From Octopus vulgaris (lineage: Eukaryota): 64,000 nt of DNA. Positions 1-13,699 of this stretch are shown here, piece by piece. The position numbers and the translations under genes are program-made. The DNA lies in assembly GCA_951406725.2 (NCBI GenBank), contig OX597825.1, forward strand, positions 60,016,001 to 60,080,000, given 5' to 3'. The notes beneath the pieces were generated by a model. It ran no database searches and was not told the origin of the DNA. It saw only the letters and a list, made by a program, of their open reading frames with translations. Positions within the stretch are counted from its first letter, which is position 1; each line of letters opens with the position of its first letter.

Positions 1-68
1 GAAAATGCAATTCTCATCAATAAACTTTCGATTTCGACTTCTCCCAGCTCCACACTATTCATCTGCAT

Positions 69-1250
69 GTACGAGGATCGGCTACAATGACCTAATGTGG
101 TTAATTTTCCTCGGTCTCTCTTACGTTCCACCGACCTCTGCTATCGGTGTCGCAGTGCTTGCCTCCCATTGGTGAAGAAGCTTTTTATCTTTTTGGCAAG
201 AAAGCATATTAACTCTTGCAGATATGACATCATCATAACATTGATACTGCTCCCCAGCCATGAGCTTTTTAGTGTTGGGGAACAGATGGTTATCAGATGG
301 AGTTAAACCAGAGAATAGGGACAGTCAAGCACATCAGCCACCGAAAGCAAAGACCTGTGTGATGAAGCATTGTCTTAATGAAACAAGACCCCTTTCCGCA
401 ATTTTCCTGGGCGTTTGTTCTTGATAGAATTTCGTAACTGACTCAGCAAGTTAGCACTCTCCAGTGATAGCGTAGCCCTTTCGAAAATATTCAATAAACA
501 CAATGCCTTTTGCATCCTAAAAAAAATGATGCTATCACCTTCACTGCAGATGAAACGATCTCGGCTCTGTTTGGAGAAAGTGAAGAAGGGTTTTCCCACT
601 GCATGGATTGTCTCTTTGTCTCTGTCCCAAAGTGGTGAAACCAACACCAATCAAGTCTCAGGAAACATTGAAAGAAACCCACAGGATCTGCCTCAAACAA
701 TGTCAGAATATCTCGTAATGTGATCAGCCTTGTGCATTTGTGATCAGATTCTATAAGACGTGGTGTCCACCAAACAGAGGTCTGATCTTCGTCATGCAAA
801 GATCATAGTGCAGGATATGCTAAGAGAGTTGGCTATTTGATCTATAGTCAACCACAGGTGATTTATCACCATTTCGTGATACCGATCAATGTATTCCTCA
901 GTGGAGGCAGTTACAGTACTTTCAGACATTTCGGGATCTTTAAGACTCTCCCGTTCCCTCCAAAATTCAGCTACTCAGTTTTGCATTATTGATAAAGTTG
1001 TATCGTCCAAAACTAATGTAGCAACCATGTCAGCATGTATGTCCATGGTGGCTAAATCCGTTTTTGTTTAAGTACTTGATAACACAACGATACAAATTTT
1101 GTCCATTTTCAAGACAATTTACTTTTAAAGTCTTCATTGAACATTCAGATATCAGATTAGTGGAAAGAAACAACACAGTTATTAATAAGAAGGTTTGGAA
1201 CTAACGCATGCAATTTTTTTGCAGCTCTAGCATATCTTCATAGATACTAG
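69..1250 (-). mobile_element. Decayed mariner (Tc1/mariner) DNA transposon, transposase pseudogene
   Basis: Minus-strand fragments from ATG ~1106 (MDKI...DIHADMVATL), WTPRL (WVPxxL-like), W-HHF-TETKRQSMQW...KVIASFF and LLSQLRNSIKNKRPGKLRKGVLFH*DNA. Many stops and frameshifts; ends approximate. Confidence 0.85.
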
Positions 1251-2004
1251 ATTTATACATACAAGCAATGAAGCTCATAAAAGTTCAATCGACCTACTAA
1301 AACTGGTAGCTAGATAACTCTCAATAAACATTCTGTTGTCTCGGGAGACGAAACGCTATCTTACATAACATAATCCTTTATACACATCTATAAAGACGAG
1401 ATGGCCAGGGCTGGAAATATTTGTTTGGAGATCTTGAATAGCAACAATAACAACAGCATTCCTTATAGTTATACATGCTAGAAAACTTTGTGCTGTTGTA
1501 TGAGCATTCTGTCGTTTTTATCATTGGGTAGCCCAGGACATCTCAGGTCTCGCAGAACCACCTACATAGCTGCCTTCACTGCCTGATGAGACACCAACTC
1601 CTGAATTCAAAGACGAAATACAACAACACTCTCAGCACAGAAACGTTCACCCTAAATGCTCAGAATACGCACGCATTACTATTTACTATTCATGAATTCC
1701 TACGCTGATTTCAAAGAAGAATATTTCATATTGTTGCGAAATATTTGATAGGTTTTTACATCAGTAATATTCTTTTGTACATGTGATCGTCGAATTTCAA
1801 TGAATTCATTTTTCATATTATCTTCCAAAAAATATTTACATTCTTTATGTTTTGATACATGAGTAAACATATACCAAGTAGCGGCGAATGTGTGACAAAA
1901 TATAAAGACAAGATTACAATGAATAAAATATCTGATTTTAGCATTGTCATTTAAAAGAGATTAACCGAATATTTTTATTCATATAATAATGGAAGTTACT
2001 CTGT

Positions 2005-2320
2005 GCAGTTGAGAAACTTGTTCTCAACTATTTTACCTTGGGTTCAATCCCACAGCGTGGAACCATAAACACATGTCTTACTATAGCTCTATGCCAGCCA
2101 AAACATTGTGAGTGGATTTGGTACAGAGAACCTGAAATAAGCCCTTTACACACATAGCCGCGCGCACACACAAAAGAAATACACACACGTATCTGTACAT
2201 GTTTGTGTGCGTGTGTGGCCTTCACTGCTGCTTCATAACCGGTGTTGATTTGTTTACGTTCCGTAACATTAGCGGTTCCCTAAAAGTATTAGATATGAGT
2301 AGTAGACGTAAAAACATATC
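2005..2320 (+). mobile_element. Degenerate tRNA-derived SINE family A copy
   Basis: GGTTCAATCCCAC B-box and TTGTGAGTGGATTTGGTA shared with the copies at 2533 and 23154. Confidence 0.6.
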
Positions 2321-2342
2321 TCTAAGTATGTATGTATGTATG

Positions 2343-2376
<34 letters not shown>

Positions 2377-2532
2377 TGTATGTATGTATGTATGCATGTA
2401 TGTATGCATGCATGTATGTATGCATTGATGGATGTGTGTGTATGTATGCTTGTATGTATATGTGTATCTATCAATCTATGCATCTCTCTATGTACATACG
2501 CGCGCGCACACACACACAGAGACTTATATATA

Positions 2533-2950
2533 GGCGCAGGCGTGCGTGTGTGGTAAGAAGTTTGCTTCCCAACCACATGGTTCCGGGTTCAGTCCCACTG
2601 CGCGGCAGCAAGGGTAAGTGTCCTCTACTATAGCCTCGGGCCAACCAAAGGCTCGGTAAATGGAAACTGAAAAGAAGCTTGTTGTATATATATATATATA
2701 TGTGTGAGTGTGTGTGCGTGTGTGAGTGTATGTTTGCGTGTCTGTGTTTCATCACTTCCATCGCTTGACAACCTATGTTGGTGTGTTTATGTCCCTGTAA
2801 CTTGACAAATCGTCAAAAAGGTGTCCGATAGAATAAGTACTAGGCTTACAAAGGATAAGTCCTGGGGTCGAATAGTTCGACTAAAGGTGGTGCTCCAGTA
2901 TGGCTGCAGTCAAATGACTGAAGCAAGTAAAACATTAAAAGAATAAAAGA
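2533..2950 (+). mobile_element. tRNA-derived SINE family A
   Basis: GGCGCAGG...GTGTGGTAAG (A box)...GGTTCAGTCCC (B box), internal (TA/TG)n, conserved body and AAAGA tail; homologous to 23154, 44294 and 62241. Confidence 0.85.
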
Positions 2951-3014
2951 AAAAAATATACGCATGTATATATATATATGTATATAAATATATACATATA
3001 TATATATACATATA

Positions 3015-3338
3015 TATATAATATTAATTAGAGACAAAACCACTATTTTGCAAAACAAACAATGAAAGACTTAATCAATACATAAAATTTTAATAAAAAG
3101 TAAAAAAACCGCCACTACAATTGTTTCATGGCTTGAACGACAAATTTCAGGTGGATTTCCGATTTTCATAAATTGAAACTGATTTGAAAATCGGAAATCC
3201 ACCTGAAGATTGTCGTTCAAGACATGAAACAATTGTAGTGGCGGTTTTTTTACTTTTTATTAAAATTTTATGTATTGATTAAGTCTTTCATTGTTTGTTT
3301 TGCAAAATAGTGGTTTTGTCTCTAATTAATATTATATA
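3015..3338. repeat. ~150-bp-arm palindrome (Penelope pLTR-like foldback) embedded in (TA)n
   Basis: 3015-3168 is a near-perfect reverse complement of 3185-3338. Confidence 0.9.
3199..3241 (+). ncRNA. Minimal type I hammerhead ribozyme motif
   Basis: CCAC-CUGAAGA-U-UGUC(GUUCAA)GACA-U-GAAAC-AAUU-GUA-GUGG; palindromic stem III loop, U.U at 10.1/11.1. Confidence 0.7.
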
Positions 3339-3416
3339 ATATTTTACTATAAAATTGGATTTAATCCTAAATCTGATTTTTTCCCTGTAAATTTGGATTT
3401 ATTCCCTAATATTTAT

Positions 3417-3549
<133 letters not shown>

Positions 3550-3551
3550 GT

Positions 3552-3593
<42 letters not shown>

Positions 3594-3875
3594 ACATATG
3601 TACACAAATACAAGCATGCAAATGCGTATATATATACATATTCTAGTATTTAATACGCACTCCATATAGCACATCTTCAAATATTATTATATTAAAAACC
3701 TCTTTAGTGTTATGATTTTATTCTCTTTCCAGTAAACCCAGTTATGGAAAATAGAAATTCAAGAAAATTTACTATATATTTTACCCTATTTTTTTCTGAT
3801 GATGGAATATCCCAGATGAAGCTGTAAGACTGTGAATTTTTTTCCAATACTAATTGTGTGTGTGTGTGTATTTGT

Positions 3876-4090
3876 AAATATAATATATGTGATAATTATT
3901 CGGTAGCCATGATAAACCTCCGCGTTACCGATGTCGGGGTGGAAACACACGGGGGCAATCTCTTCAGTTACCAGGCCTTTTTTTTTTTCGATAGCTCGAA
4001 AACTGAAGAGATGCCAGCGTGGTTTTCCGCCCCGACATCTGAAATTCGGAGTTTTATCATGGCTACCGAATAATTGTCATATATTATATT
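3876..4090. repeat. Imperfect palindrome with a decayed HHR-like core in each arm
   Basis: ATAATTATTCGGTAGCCATGATAAA pairs with TTTATCATGGCTACCGAATAATTGT; CTGAAGA-GATG...CATC-TGAAA on the + arm. Confidence 0.7.
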
Positions 4091-4360
4091 TAGAGGCAAA
4101 TTCCTCTATATAATATCCATAATTCCTCTATTTACATAATATCCAGGTCTCTTTTAGTCTTTCGTTGTCTTGCCATTTCTATCAATATATATATATATAT
4201 ATATATATATTTATTTATTTATTTATTTATTTATTTAGAATAGTATATATATATTTTTGCCATTAGCTTGCTTCTTAAAACGTATTTCTTAGTTTTTTTC
4301 TTTTGAACCTCTGTTCGTATATATATATGTAAGTATGCATACACGTAACCACACACACAC

Positions 4361-4421
<61 letters not shown>

Positions 4422-4461
4422 GAATAGCATACAAGAAAAAGATAGGATAACCATGCTTTAA

Positions 4462-4681
4462 CCCTTTAGTGTTAAAACCGGCCATATCTGGCCAAAATAT
4501 TCTACCTGTTTTATGTTCAAACTAGTGAGATAGGGTCATTCATGGCTACCTTATTGTGTCGTTTTAAAAATAAACAATCACATCATTGACATCTCAAAGT
4601 CATGAAATGATGCAGGATTAATTTTACGTGGTGTGAATAAATAAGCTTTACATTTGACAGAATAATCTGAATGCTAAAGGG
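4462..4681. mobile_element. piggyBac-like MITE with TTAA target duplication
   Basis: TTAA|CCCTTTAG...CTAAAGGG|TTAA; absent from the homologous right arm of the inverted duplication. Confidence 0.85.
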
Positions 4682-5216
4682 TTAAGTACAGAATATAATT
4701 GTCCTCGTGCCGTGGTACCAGCTGTCACTGACCTTTCAATCTAATACCAATACATAAGTTATTTCAGAAATAATTACGGAAATAAAAATGATTCAGCAAC
4801 TGTGTAACGGCAGATATTGAATAGGCTGCATTTAGAGCACAACTGGTTCACGCAGTGCTTTAACAGCAACCTACCTGATGAAGTGCCGGTGCAGTACTGC
4901 TGCTCTTCATATTTCAATAATGATTTATGAAATAATTACGGAATGCTATGATTCTGAAATCTCAGCAGGCTACAAGTGGTAATCAGAAACTTGCAACTTA
5001 GGACGAGCCAACCAGCGTGAAACTGACTTAATCACGCGATCCTGTTGTCTGCTAGAGGATCGTAGTGGCTTGCTTCCCTTGCTAGCAATATATAGGGCGC
5101 AGTGCTACACCAATAAGCAGCTGGCGAAATATGTGCCTGGAGTTAAACAAGTAGAAACATGTAACCGTCAGTTTGGTGTGTCGATTTACTTCCCTTTATA
5201 TATATATGTGTGTATA

Positions 5217-5288
<72 letters not shown>

Positions 5289-5364
5289 TATTATATATTA
5301 TATATGTATATATATATATATATATATTACATATATATATATATATATTATATATATATATATA

Positions 5365-6061
5365 TTTATCTTATATTGAGGGTACTACTATTCGTAGATA
5401 CCGTACGCTAAGAGGGACCAATGCGGTCAAAACTTCTAAAATAAATAAAATTTTACCGAATGCAAAACTTCAAAGCAAATCATTTAAAAATAGAATTTAG
5501 TTACATATCACCTGTGATTTCGCAATTAATGCAGAATATGTATTCTATGTTCATCAGTGCAACAAACTCAAGAAATACAAGTAAAAACATAACGTTACAA
5601 GCTCGATAGCCAACCGTGGAATTCGTCGTAGCATGTACGAATGTTTATCTTTACATATCTATGAAAATGGCGGGCTTATTCGCAATGCATTTCGGTAACA
5701 AATTGCCTACTCGGAATAAAAATTCAGTATTGAACTATTCCGGTGAAAAATATAAATTAACAATTGCGGATAAAATCTTTAAAAGAAATTATCAGTAGTT
5801 AGCGTGAAAAACCTCGTAAGAGAAAAAATGCGTAAATTTTTCCACTTTGAAAATACTTATTTATATTATATTGAGGGTACTACTATTCGTAGATACCACA
5901 CGCTATGAGAGACCAATGCGGTCAAAACTACTAAAATAAACAAAATTTTACCGAATGCAAAACTTCAAAGCAAATCATTTAAAAAAAAGAATTTAGTTAC
6001 ATATCACCTGTGATTTCGCAATTAATGCAGAATATGCATTCTATGTTCATCAGTGCAACAA
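5365..6061 (-). repeat. 1.4-unit tandem repeat (496-bp period) carrying two HHR-like motifs
   Basis: 5365-5565 repeated at 5861-6061. Minus-strand GUUGCA-CUGAUGA-...-GAAA-UCAC-AG-GUGA-UA-UGUAAC at 5500-5563 and 5996-6059. Confidence 0.75.
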
Positions 6062-6641
6062 TCAGTTGCACGTTTCTGATCACCAGTTGTAGCCTGCTGT
6101 GATTTCAGAATCATAGCATTCCGTAATTATTTTATGAATAATTACAGAAATATGAAAAGCAGCAGTACTGCACCGGCACTTCATCAGGTAGGTTGCTGTT
6201 AAAGCACTGCGTGAACCAGTTGTGCTTTAAATGCAGCATATTCAATATCTACCGTTACATAGTTGCTGAATCATTTTTATTTCCGTAATTATTTCTGAAA
6301 TAACTTATGTATTGGTATTAGATTGAAAAGTCAGTGACAGCTGGTACCACGGCACGAGGACAATTATATTCTGTACTTACAACATGGTTATCCTATCTTT
6401 TTCTTGTATAATATTTTTAAAATAAATTGTATACATTAACGGATTTCGACATGTATACTTAGCTTAAAGAAAAATTCTGCTGAATGATAGTATAGGGTAG
6501 CCGATGCCCGAATATGAGCTTTTAAATGTTTTCTCTGAGGATTCTACCGAGTTAATATTGAATACGTGTGTGTGTCCGTGTGTGTGTATGCGTGTTTGTA
6601 TATGTGTGCTTATATGCGTGTCTACGTGTAAGCATACTTAC

Positions 6642-6681
<40 letters not shown>

Positions 6682-7071
6682 GGACAGAGGTTCAAAAGAA
6701 AAAAAACTAAGAAATACGTTTTAAAAAGCAAGCTAATGGCAAAAAAAAAATACTTATTCTATTGCGAGTTCAAGAATCATATTTGAAATGAAAGAAAACA
6801 CAGGAGCACAAATCATAATAAACGGATAAACTGAGAATTAAATTTCTATGGGAAATTGAATATCAGAAAAAAAAAAGAAAACCGACAAAATTGCAAGTGA
6901 GTTTGAATAAGTTGGCGAGAAAGAAAATAAACGGTGAAATATAGCATATAAACAAAACTTAGTTACTACTTTTGTTTACTTTCTTCAAGGTAATTGTTTG
7001 TTTTATTCGTGCCTTATTTCCTCCAGTAAACAGAAACCAGGCCTCAATTTTAACCTGCATACGTGAGTGTG

Positions 7072-7142
<71 letters not shown>

Positions 7143-7407
7143 TTATATATATATATGTTTATTTATGAGTGTATATATATATATGTGTTTGTGTGTCTAT
7201 AAACATATGTGCTTTATATATATATATATATATTTATACAGGTATGTATTTACATATGTACGTGTATATATATATATGTATAGAATATTTATATCTATAT
7301 ATCATAAATACATATATCTATAACTATGTATGTATGAATATGTATTTCTGTGTGCCTGAGTATATATATTCACAAACGTAGCGTATATATATAAAAAATA
7401 TATACAT

Positions 7408-7462
<55 letters not shown>

Positions 7463-7511
7463 TATATATGTGCGTATGTATATATAAATGTATATATATA
7501 TATATGTATAT

Positions 7512-7546
<35 letters not shown>

Positions 7547-7984
7547 AGCATGCACGTGCTTATGTGCATATGTGCGTGCTTGTCATATATGTTTATATAT
7601 ATAAGTATGTAATATGTGCGCCATCACACTTATTTAAAAAGAAGCAGGCACACGCATATATATACGTGAATATGAAGATTACACGCACGGACAGAAACTG
7701 CGTGCTGGTGTGTGTTTGCGCAGGCGCGAACTGATACATTTGTGAGAATAGTATGAAATAATGCTTTACAGCATTCGCTGCTGTTTTCTTCACACTGAGC
7801 TCAAATCCCAGTGACTACCTGTACTTTTAATCAATTTAGGTGTGATAATCTTCATGCCTGTATTGGGATCGATTCGTTGGCTTCAGTTCACACTATTCCT
7901 CTCACTCTCACTCTTCTAAGTACCAATGTACGTACTTACGTACGTACGTATGTATGTATGTATGCATGTATGTACGTATGTATG

Positions 7985-8015
<31 letters not shown>

Positions 8016-8036
8016 GTATGTATGTAAGTATATATG

Positions 8037-8088
<52 letters not shown>

Positions 8089-8848
8089 CATCTACCCACC
8101 TACCTATTCCTCTCTGGCAGATATCGTTTGAGAGTTCAGAAACGCTGATCTCGATCATTACGCTTAAAACACAATTATACACACACATTCATAAGCATAT
8201 GAGTAACGCATATAAATATAGATAGACGAGCGAGTGAAAATGACTAGAAAGACATGTTTCATTTAAAAATTATGACAACTCTTTCAACACCTTTTTACAC
8301 TAATATTATACTGGAGAGATGATAGTATTAACATCTTGTGTAATTACTATCATCCATCCAAAGCGTAAGATATGTTTCTTTAAATATGTCCTTCATTTGA
8401 TCTCACTGTCATTTCCCTTAGTGTGATGATGCGGAGTTATGCCTCAATGCATGTGAGAATTGACAGTATGACCAAATGAATGACATATTGAAAGAAGCGC
8501 GTCTATACTTTTTGTGGATGGTAGTGATTACACATGTTAATAATATCATCCCACCAGTGTACTATGAGTGTCAAATATAATTAAACAATTGTAATTATTT
8601 TTAAATGAAGGATATCGTTTCATACATTTTCTGTCGTTTATTTATCAATATTTATATATATATTAAAAACACACCGAGACACACCCAACACGCATACGCT
8701 CACACATACCCACACCCTCAACCAGGCACACCCACCACGCACCCCCATATATATATATATACTTCAAAATACACACGCACATACACCCACTTACATGTCT
8801 TTGCTTATCGATTTCTATAAACTCTACGGAATCTATGAAAATTCCTGA

Positions 8849-9430
8849 GACATTCAGTAACAGTTCATTAAAGTAAAGGCTATTTGCCAACATAATGTGG
8901 CTGTCCCGAAAGGGATGCTGTTACTGTTGTTTTAGCCCCAAGAAGCATCATTTCTAGCTGAGTATATGACACACTATCTGTATCTTTATAATTTCGAACA
9001 GGGAGCTCAGCACCCCCACCTAGCACAAACCAACATCTGTGGACTAGTTTCTGTGTTATTGCTCTTTGTCAACACAGAGTAGCTGATTTGGCCAGATGGA
9101 TCCTTTATTATACAATCATTATATAGATGGCACATCACGGGACGAACCGATTACAAAAATGTTAAAATGAGTTCGAATGGACGTTAAAAATTTTATTATA
9201 ATTTATATAAATACTTAACTTCCTGGTATCGTTTTTTTTTAAATAAATCAAACGAGTTCAAACTATATACCCGACATTATTTATAAATCTTCAAACAAAG
9301 ACATTCAGTAACATTTCTTTAAAGTAAATCCTATTTGCAAACATAAGGTGGCTGTCCTGAAAGGACGATGTTACTGTTGTTTTAGTCCCTAGAAACATCG
9401 TCTCTAGCTGGCTATACGGCACTATCTGTG
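8849..9430. repeat. Diverged ~130-bp direct repeat (8849-8980, 9300-9430) flanking a decayed HHR motif
   Basis: GACATTCAGTAACA...GGCTGTCC...GTTACTGTTGTTTTAG...CTAGCTG...ACTATCTG occurs twice. Confidence 0.7.
9036..9078 (-). ncRNA. Decayed/variant minimal HHR motif
   Basis: UCUGUG-UUGACAA-[poor stem II]-GAAAC-UA-GUC-CACAGA; 6-bp stem I and palindromic ACUAGU stem III. Confidence 0.5.
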
Positions 9431-10220
9431 TTTGTTAAATTTTTGCTCGTTTGCCAGATATCTGTTGGTTCATTATGTTTTTCAGTTTGGTTGTTGGCTT
9501 ATTGGAGGTTTTTAACTCTCATATCTAGTAGGTTGGTGCCTCGTGTACCCACTATTATAATTATATATTTTTTAATGTATAGCAATTTAACGCTATTATT
9601 GCTTGCTGCTCATTAATATTATTGTTGCTATTATCATGCGTACATACATAAATACATACATATGGCTGGCTTCTTACAGTTTGCATCAATCATTTCCACT
9701 CACAAGACCTTGGTCAGTCAGGGCCTATGGCAGAAAACTGCTCGTTGGGTTACACATGAAACCTTATGTTTGGGAAGCAAACTTCTTAGGATGAAACCAT
9801 ACTCACCAAAAGCTTGTACTGCAGAACTTCCATCATGTATTAACTTTCATATTTTCCAAATATACTATAAGTGTATAAACTTCTTCTTTTCGAAATTACT
9901 TGCATTGCATTACGGTCTGTTCCTGTCTTATGATGTTTTAGAATAACACACTTTCACGTTATGCCTGTTCTTCCTAAGACACTGGTAACAATTTTGCCTT
10001 ATCATTCCACATTTCAGTTACAGCGAGTGGAAATTTATCGACTTGATCATCTTTACTTTAGACATGTGATAATGGAGCAGCTAAAGATGAATACCAATTT
10101 GCGTCGGTTTGAAGATCTGTTACTTCGACAGAATATATAGCTGTACACAAACGTGCATACACATACACTTCCATATATACATACATATACTTACATACAA
10201 ACATATATGCCTATTCATAT

Positions 10221-11195
10221 TGTTACGGAATCACCCGTCGTCGCTCGCTCGAACGGGCAAGTTCGCCACGGAACCGAGAGAGAGGAGAGATAGAGCAACA
10301 ACAGCAGCAGCAGCACAGAGGTACAGAGGCAACCGAGAGATACACAAAACGGCAAGGCAACAACTGGCTTACATTTAACACTAGTTTATGACAATCAATT
10401 GTTACACATCAAATACATTTCAAGGAAACAACAAATCAATACAGGTATACAACAGATCAAAGCATTTAAACATGCAAGTAACAATATAACAGTCCGGAGA
10501 CAACAGTTCTATTTCAAAGGTAGACGTCCGAAGACACATTAAAGGCCTAACAGTTCAATTGTTCATTATACAATGTTCGTATCACAACAATTCACGTTAC
10601 AATTCAAAGTCTTTAACGACTACATCAGAGTCCTTCTTTTTCTCTCTCTTTCTTCTTTCTCTTTCTTCTTTCTCTTTTTTTCTTTTACATCGTAACACGT
10701 ATCAATACAATTAAATACCTTAATTTCTAATTAGAATAGCCAGTGTCCCATATTGCACTTCATCTCTCTCTGTACCGCTAACTCCAACTTGCCAAGCTCC
10801 TGAATCCCAACCGCTTGCCCTGACTTCCAAAATCCGACTGCTCGCCTTGACGACCGAACACCAACTGCCCCTCTATCACTACCCCTCCATCTGTCTCTTA
10901 GCCTTATACTCTCTCTATCCCGACTGGTCCTATGTCCCTATCTTTATCGGCGCTGCTGCTGTCATCCTCTCTATCTGCTCTCAGATTCCTTACTCTATCT
11001 TTATCACTACTTTCCTCTTCCTCTTCTTCAAGGGGTGTCTAGAACGACCTCCAATCGACCGCACAAGGCCAAAGGTCCCTCCAAAAGCCACTACTCTTCC
11101 AGTAAACAAAGGGCTGTCGTTTTTTTTACTCCAGGCCTGCAGGCGCCACTCCCACAATGTGGGTCAAGAAATACTGCACTAGCCAAACCATAACA
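10221..11195. mobile_element. Solo LTR (975 bp), Ty3/Gypsy-type
   Basis: TGTTA...TAACA termini with 4-bp ATAT target-site duplication (10217-10220, 11196-11199); GC-richer than the flanks. Confidence 0.8.
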
Positions 11196-12771
11196 ATATT
11201 ATATAGAGGAGTGACCTCAAAGATGTCAATATTTTGACTACATTAAAAAAACGGTGTCTGTGGAATTGTGACATTGACGGTAATAAAGAGCTGTGTCTCT
11301 TTCTCTCTGTGTCTCTCTCTTTCTTTTTCTTTCTCTCTTCGTTAGACTCACCTAGTAAGATTTTTCTCTCGAATACTGTAGAACTATTTGGAGAAATCTT
11401 AACAGTGTTCCAATGTAGTTTCTCTCCTCAGTGAAGTACGACTGCTATGATATCTACAGCCCTACAAATTCGGTTTTTCTATGATTTAAACAATACATCA
11501 TAGAACAACCGAAATCAATATTCCATCTTCCAATACGTAATTAAAATGCTCAACGTTCATTTGGCACTCATTACAAGGAAAATTACTCCAGAAATTGGAT
11601 ATCAAATCTACTTCAACCGAATAGATCGATCACATGTGATATGATGACAGATCAAACGTCATATTTATGTGAAGTTTCTCCTGAATTAGGCATTAACAGT
11701 TGTTTAATCAAGGTTGTATACTCGCATATGTTCAATGTATATGAAATTGTTTTGATCAATATCAGCCGTGAATCCAAAGGTGCATTCACAATTCAATGCA
11801 AATATGACGAAACACTTTTCAATCTACGACGTTATTAGACTAACATACCCACCGCTAAATAAAAGAAATTTAAAAAAGCAAAATTAGAAAAGCAAACAAA
11901 ACACCAAGTAAACCGTATTTCTACCACGATTATATATGAATTGTGATGTATTCAAGTAAATGCTATTCTATCTTTAACTGAATTTGATTTGCGTAATATC
12001 TTCGATTCGTGTGTTTGTAGTCTTGGAATATTTGGCCTCACTGACAACATACCATAAGGAAGGCCCAATACGCACGCGGAAAGCAAATCGTCGAACGGCA
12101 ATAGGCGTTTTACAAGGGTAATAAAAATACTTCTTACGAGTATGTGACATATTGGACTGCTTAAATTTGCCTGGGGAAATACAAAGCAAGTAGATTAATG
12201 CACGTAAATCAAAGAAGGAATTTAAACACAAAAGGTGTGAAATGAGGCAACAAGTAGTTGCAATATGAATATATTTCTACGAATTAAACTACTACTATTT
12301 ATCTCACAAGATATACAGGTACTTTGGTTACAAATAAAGCCTAAATGGTTTAATTTCGGTTTTAATCTCAATGTGCAGTTAGTGAATTGGCAGCTTTCTT
12401 CCTGAAAATTAACATGCTCCCCACCCAGCTCTAAGAAACCCATGAATATTGTTCCATAGCAGATATAAGTTGAACAATTACCGACGCAAAAGAAAAAGCC
12501 CAGCAAAAGAGATTCCATGTAAATATTCTATATTTTTTCTGCAGCATCTTTGAAATATCCGTACTGTCTATTTAATTTACATACCCAGTAGCCACACACA
12601 CACAAACCACTGCACGCACACACAAAAGGAATAGCAAAAACCAGTCTGTTAGTTATATGCTATTGCTGTGTCGGTGTATGGTTTCAAGTGCAAAACATGA
12701 ACGTGCTCAATAATCCCTATCGAAGAGCTTTGAAGAATATGGTACAGCTGTATTTGTATGTCATTAACTAC

Positions 12772-13203
12772 CTTGTTTCAAATTCTAGCACAAGGCCAGA
12801 AATATTTGGGGAAGAGCTAAATCGATTACATCGACCCCAGTTCTCAACTAGTACTTATTTTTTCGACCCTGAAAGGATGAGAGACAAAGTAGACGACCAA
12901 GGTAGAATTTGAACTTAGAACGTAAAGACGGACGAAATACCGCAGAGTATTGTGCTCGGCATACTAGCGATTCTGCCATCAGGTTGCCCCTTACATCATT
13001 ATATATTGGTTTCAAATTTTGGCACAAGGCCAGCATTATCGAGGAAAGGGCAAACTCAATTACGTGAACCACAGTGCTCAATTTGTACTTATTTTATCGA
13101 CCGCGAAAGGATGAAAGGCAAAGTCGACCTCGGTGGAATTTGAACACAGAACGTGAAGACGGACAAAATGCCGCTGTAACGATTCTGCCTGCTTGCCGTG
13201 CTT
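12772..13203 (-). mobile_element. Two tandem tRNA-derived SINE family C copies
   Basis: GCACAAGGCCAG...CAGT...TACTTATTTT..CGACC..GAAAGGATGA.AG.CAAAGT.GAC...GAATTTGAAC repeated; homologous to 56581. Confidence 0.8.
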
Positions 13204-13699
13204 TACATCATTATATATTGATAACAAAAGTACAGCCAAAGCTTGAGAGTAAAATCAAGCAATCTATTATTTACTCCTTGAACAACGCTGAACAAAAGAC
13301 GAAATAATTATTCTCCCTTTGCTGGTAGTCCCATAAAATCCATTATGCAAATTTCAAAGAAGCTGCACGTACTGCCGAATGTGTGTTTCTCATGATGCAA
13401 GTCTGAGCCGCTATCTATTTTTTACTTCGTACCATCTAATGATTACATATATACAGTTGTATGACTATCCAACTGGGTATCGACCTAGCACTAAAAATAC
13501 TTTAGCATAAACCAACAAAACCCGTGGAAAGTTCTAAGGTTTTATTAGTGAACATAACAAAGAAGCGACAGTTAGTACTGTTCCTTTGAAAATATGGTAT
13601 CCGTCGGTTACGACGACGAGAGTTCCTGTTGGTTTGATCAACGAAACAACCTGTTCGCGAAATTAACGTAGAAGAAGCTGAGGACACCACACACACGCA

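Larger units (their letters stand above)
4245..6752. repeat. Large inverted duplication (4245-4998 vs 6063-6752)
   Basis: Several blocks are reverse complements, e.g. 4685-4998/6063-6378 and 4253-4345/6620-6752. The ORF track shows the same KKKTKKYVL-SKLMAK peptide on opposite strands. Confidence 0.9.

Noticed and set aside
1583-1620. CTGATGAG...CGAAA
   Set aside because: No stem II beyond one pair and no stem I or III.
4866-4998. CTGATGA with a distant GAAAC in the inverted-duplication arm
   Set aside because: Stems I-III and a UH site could not be assembled.
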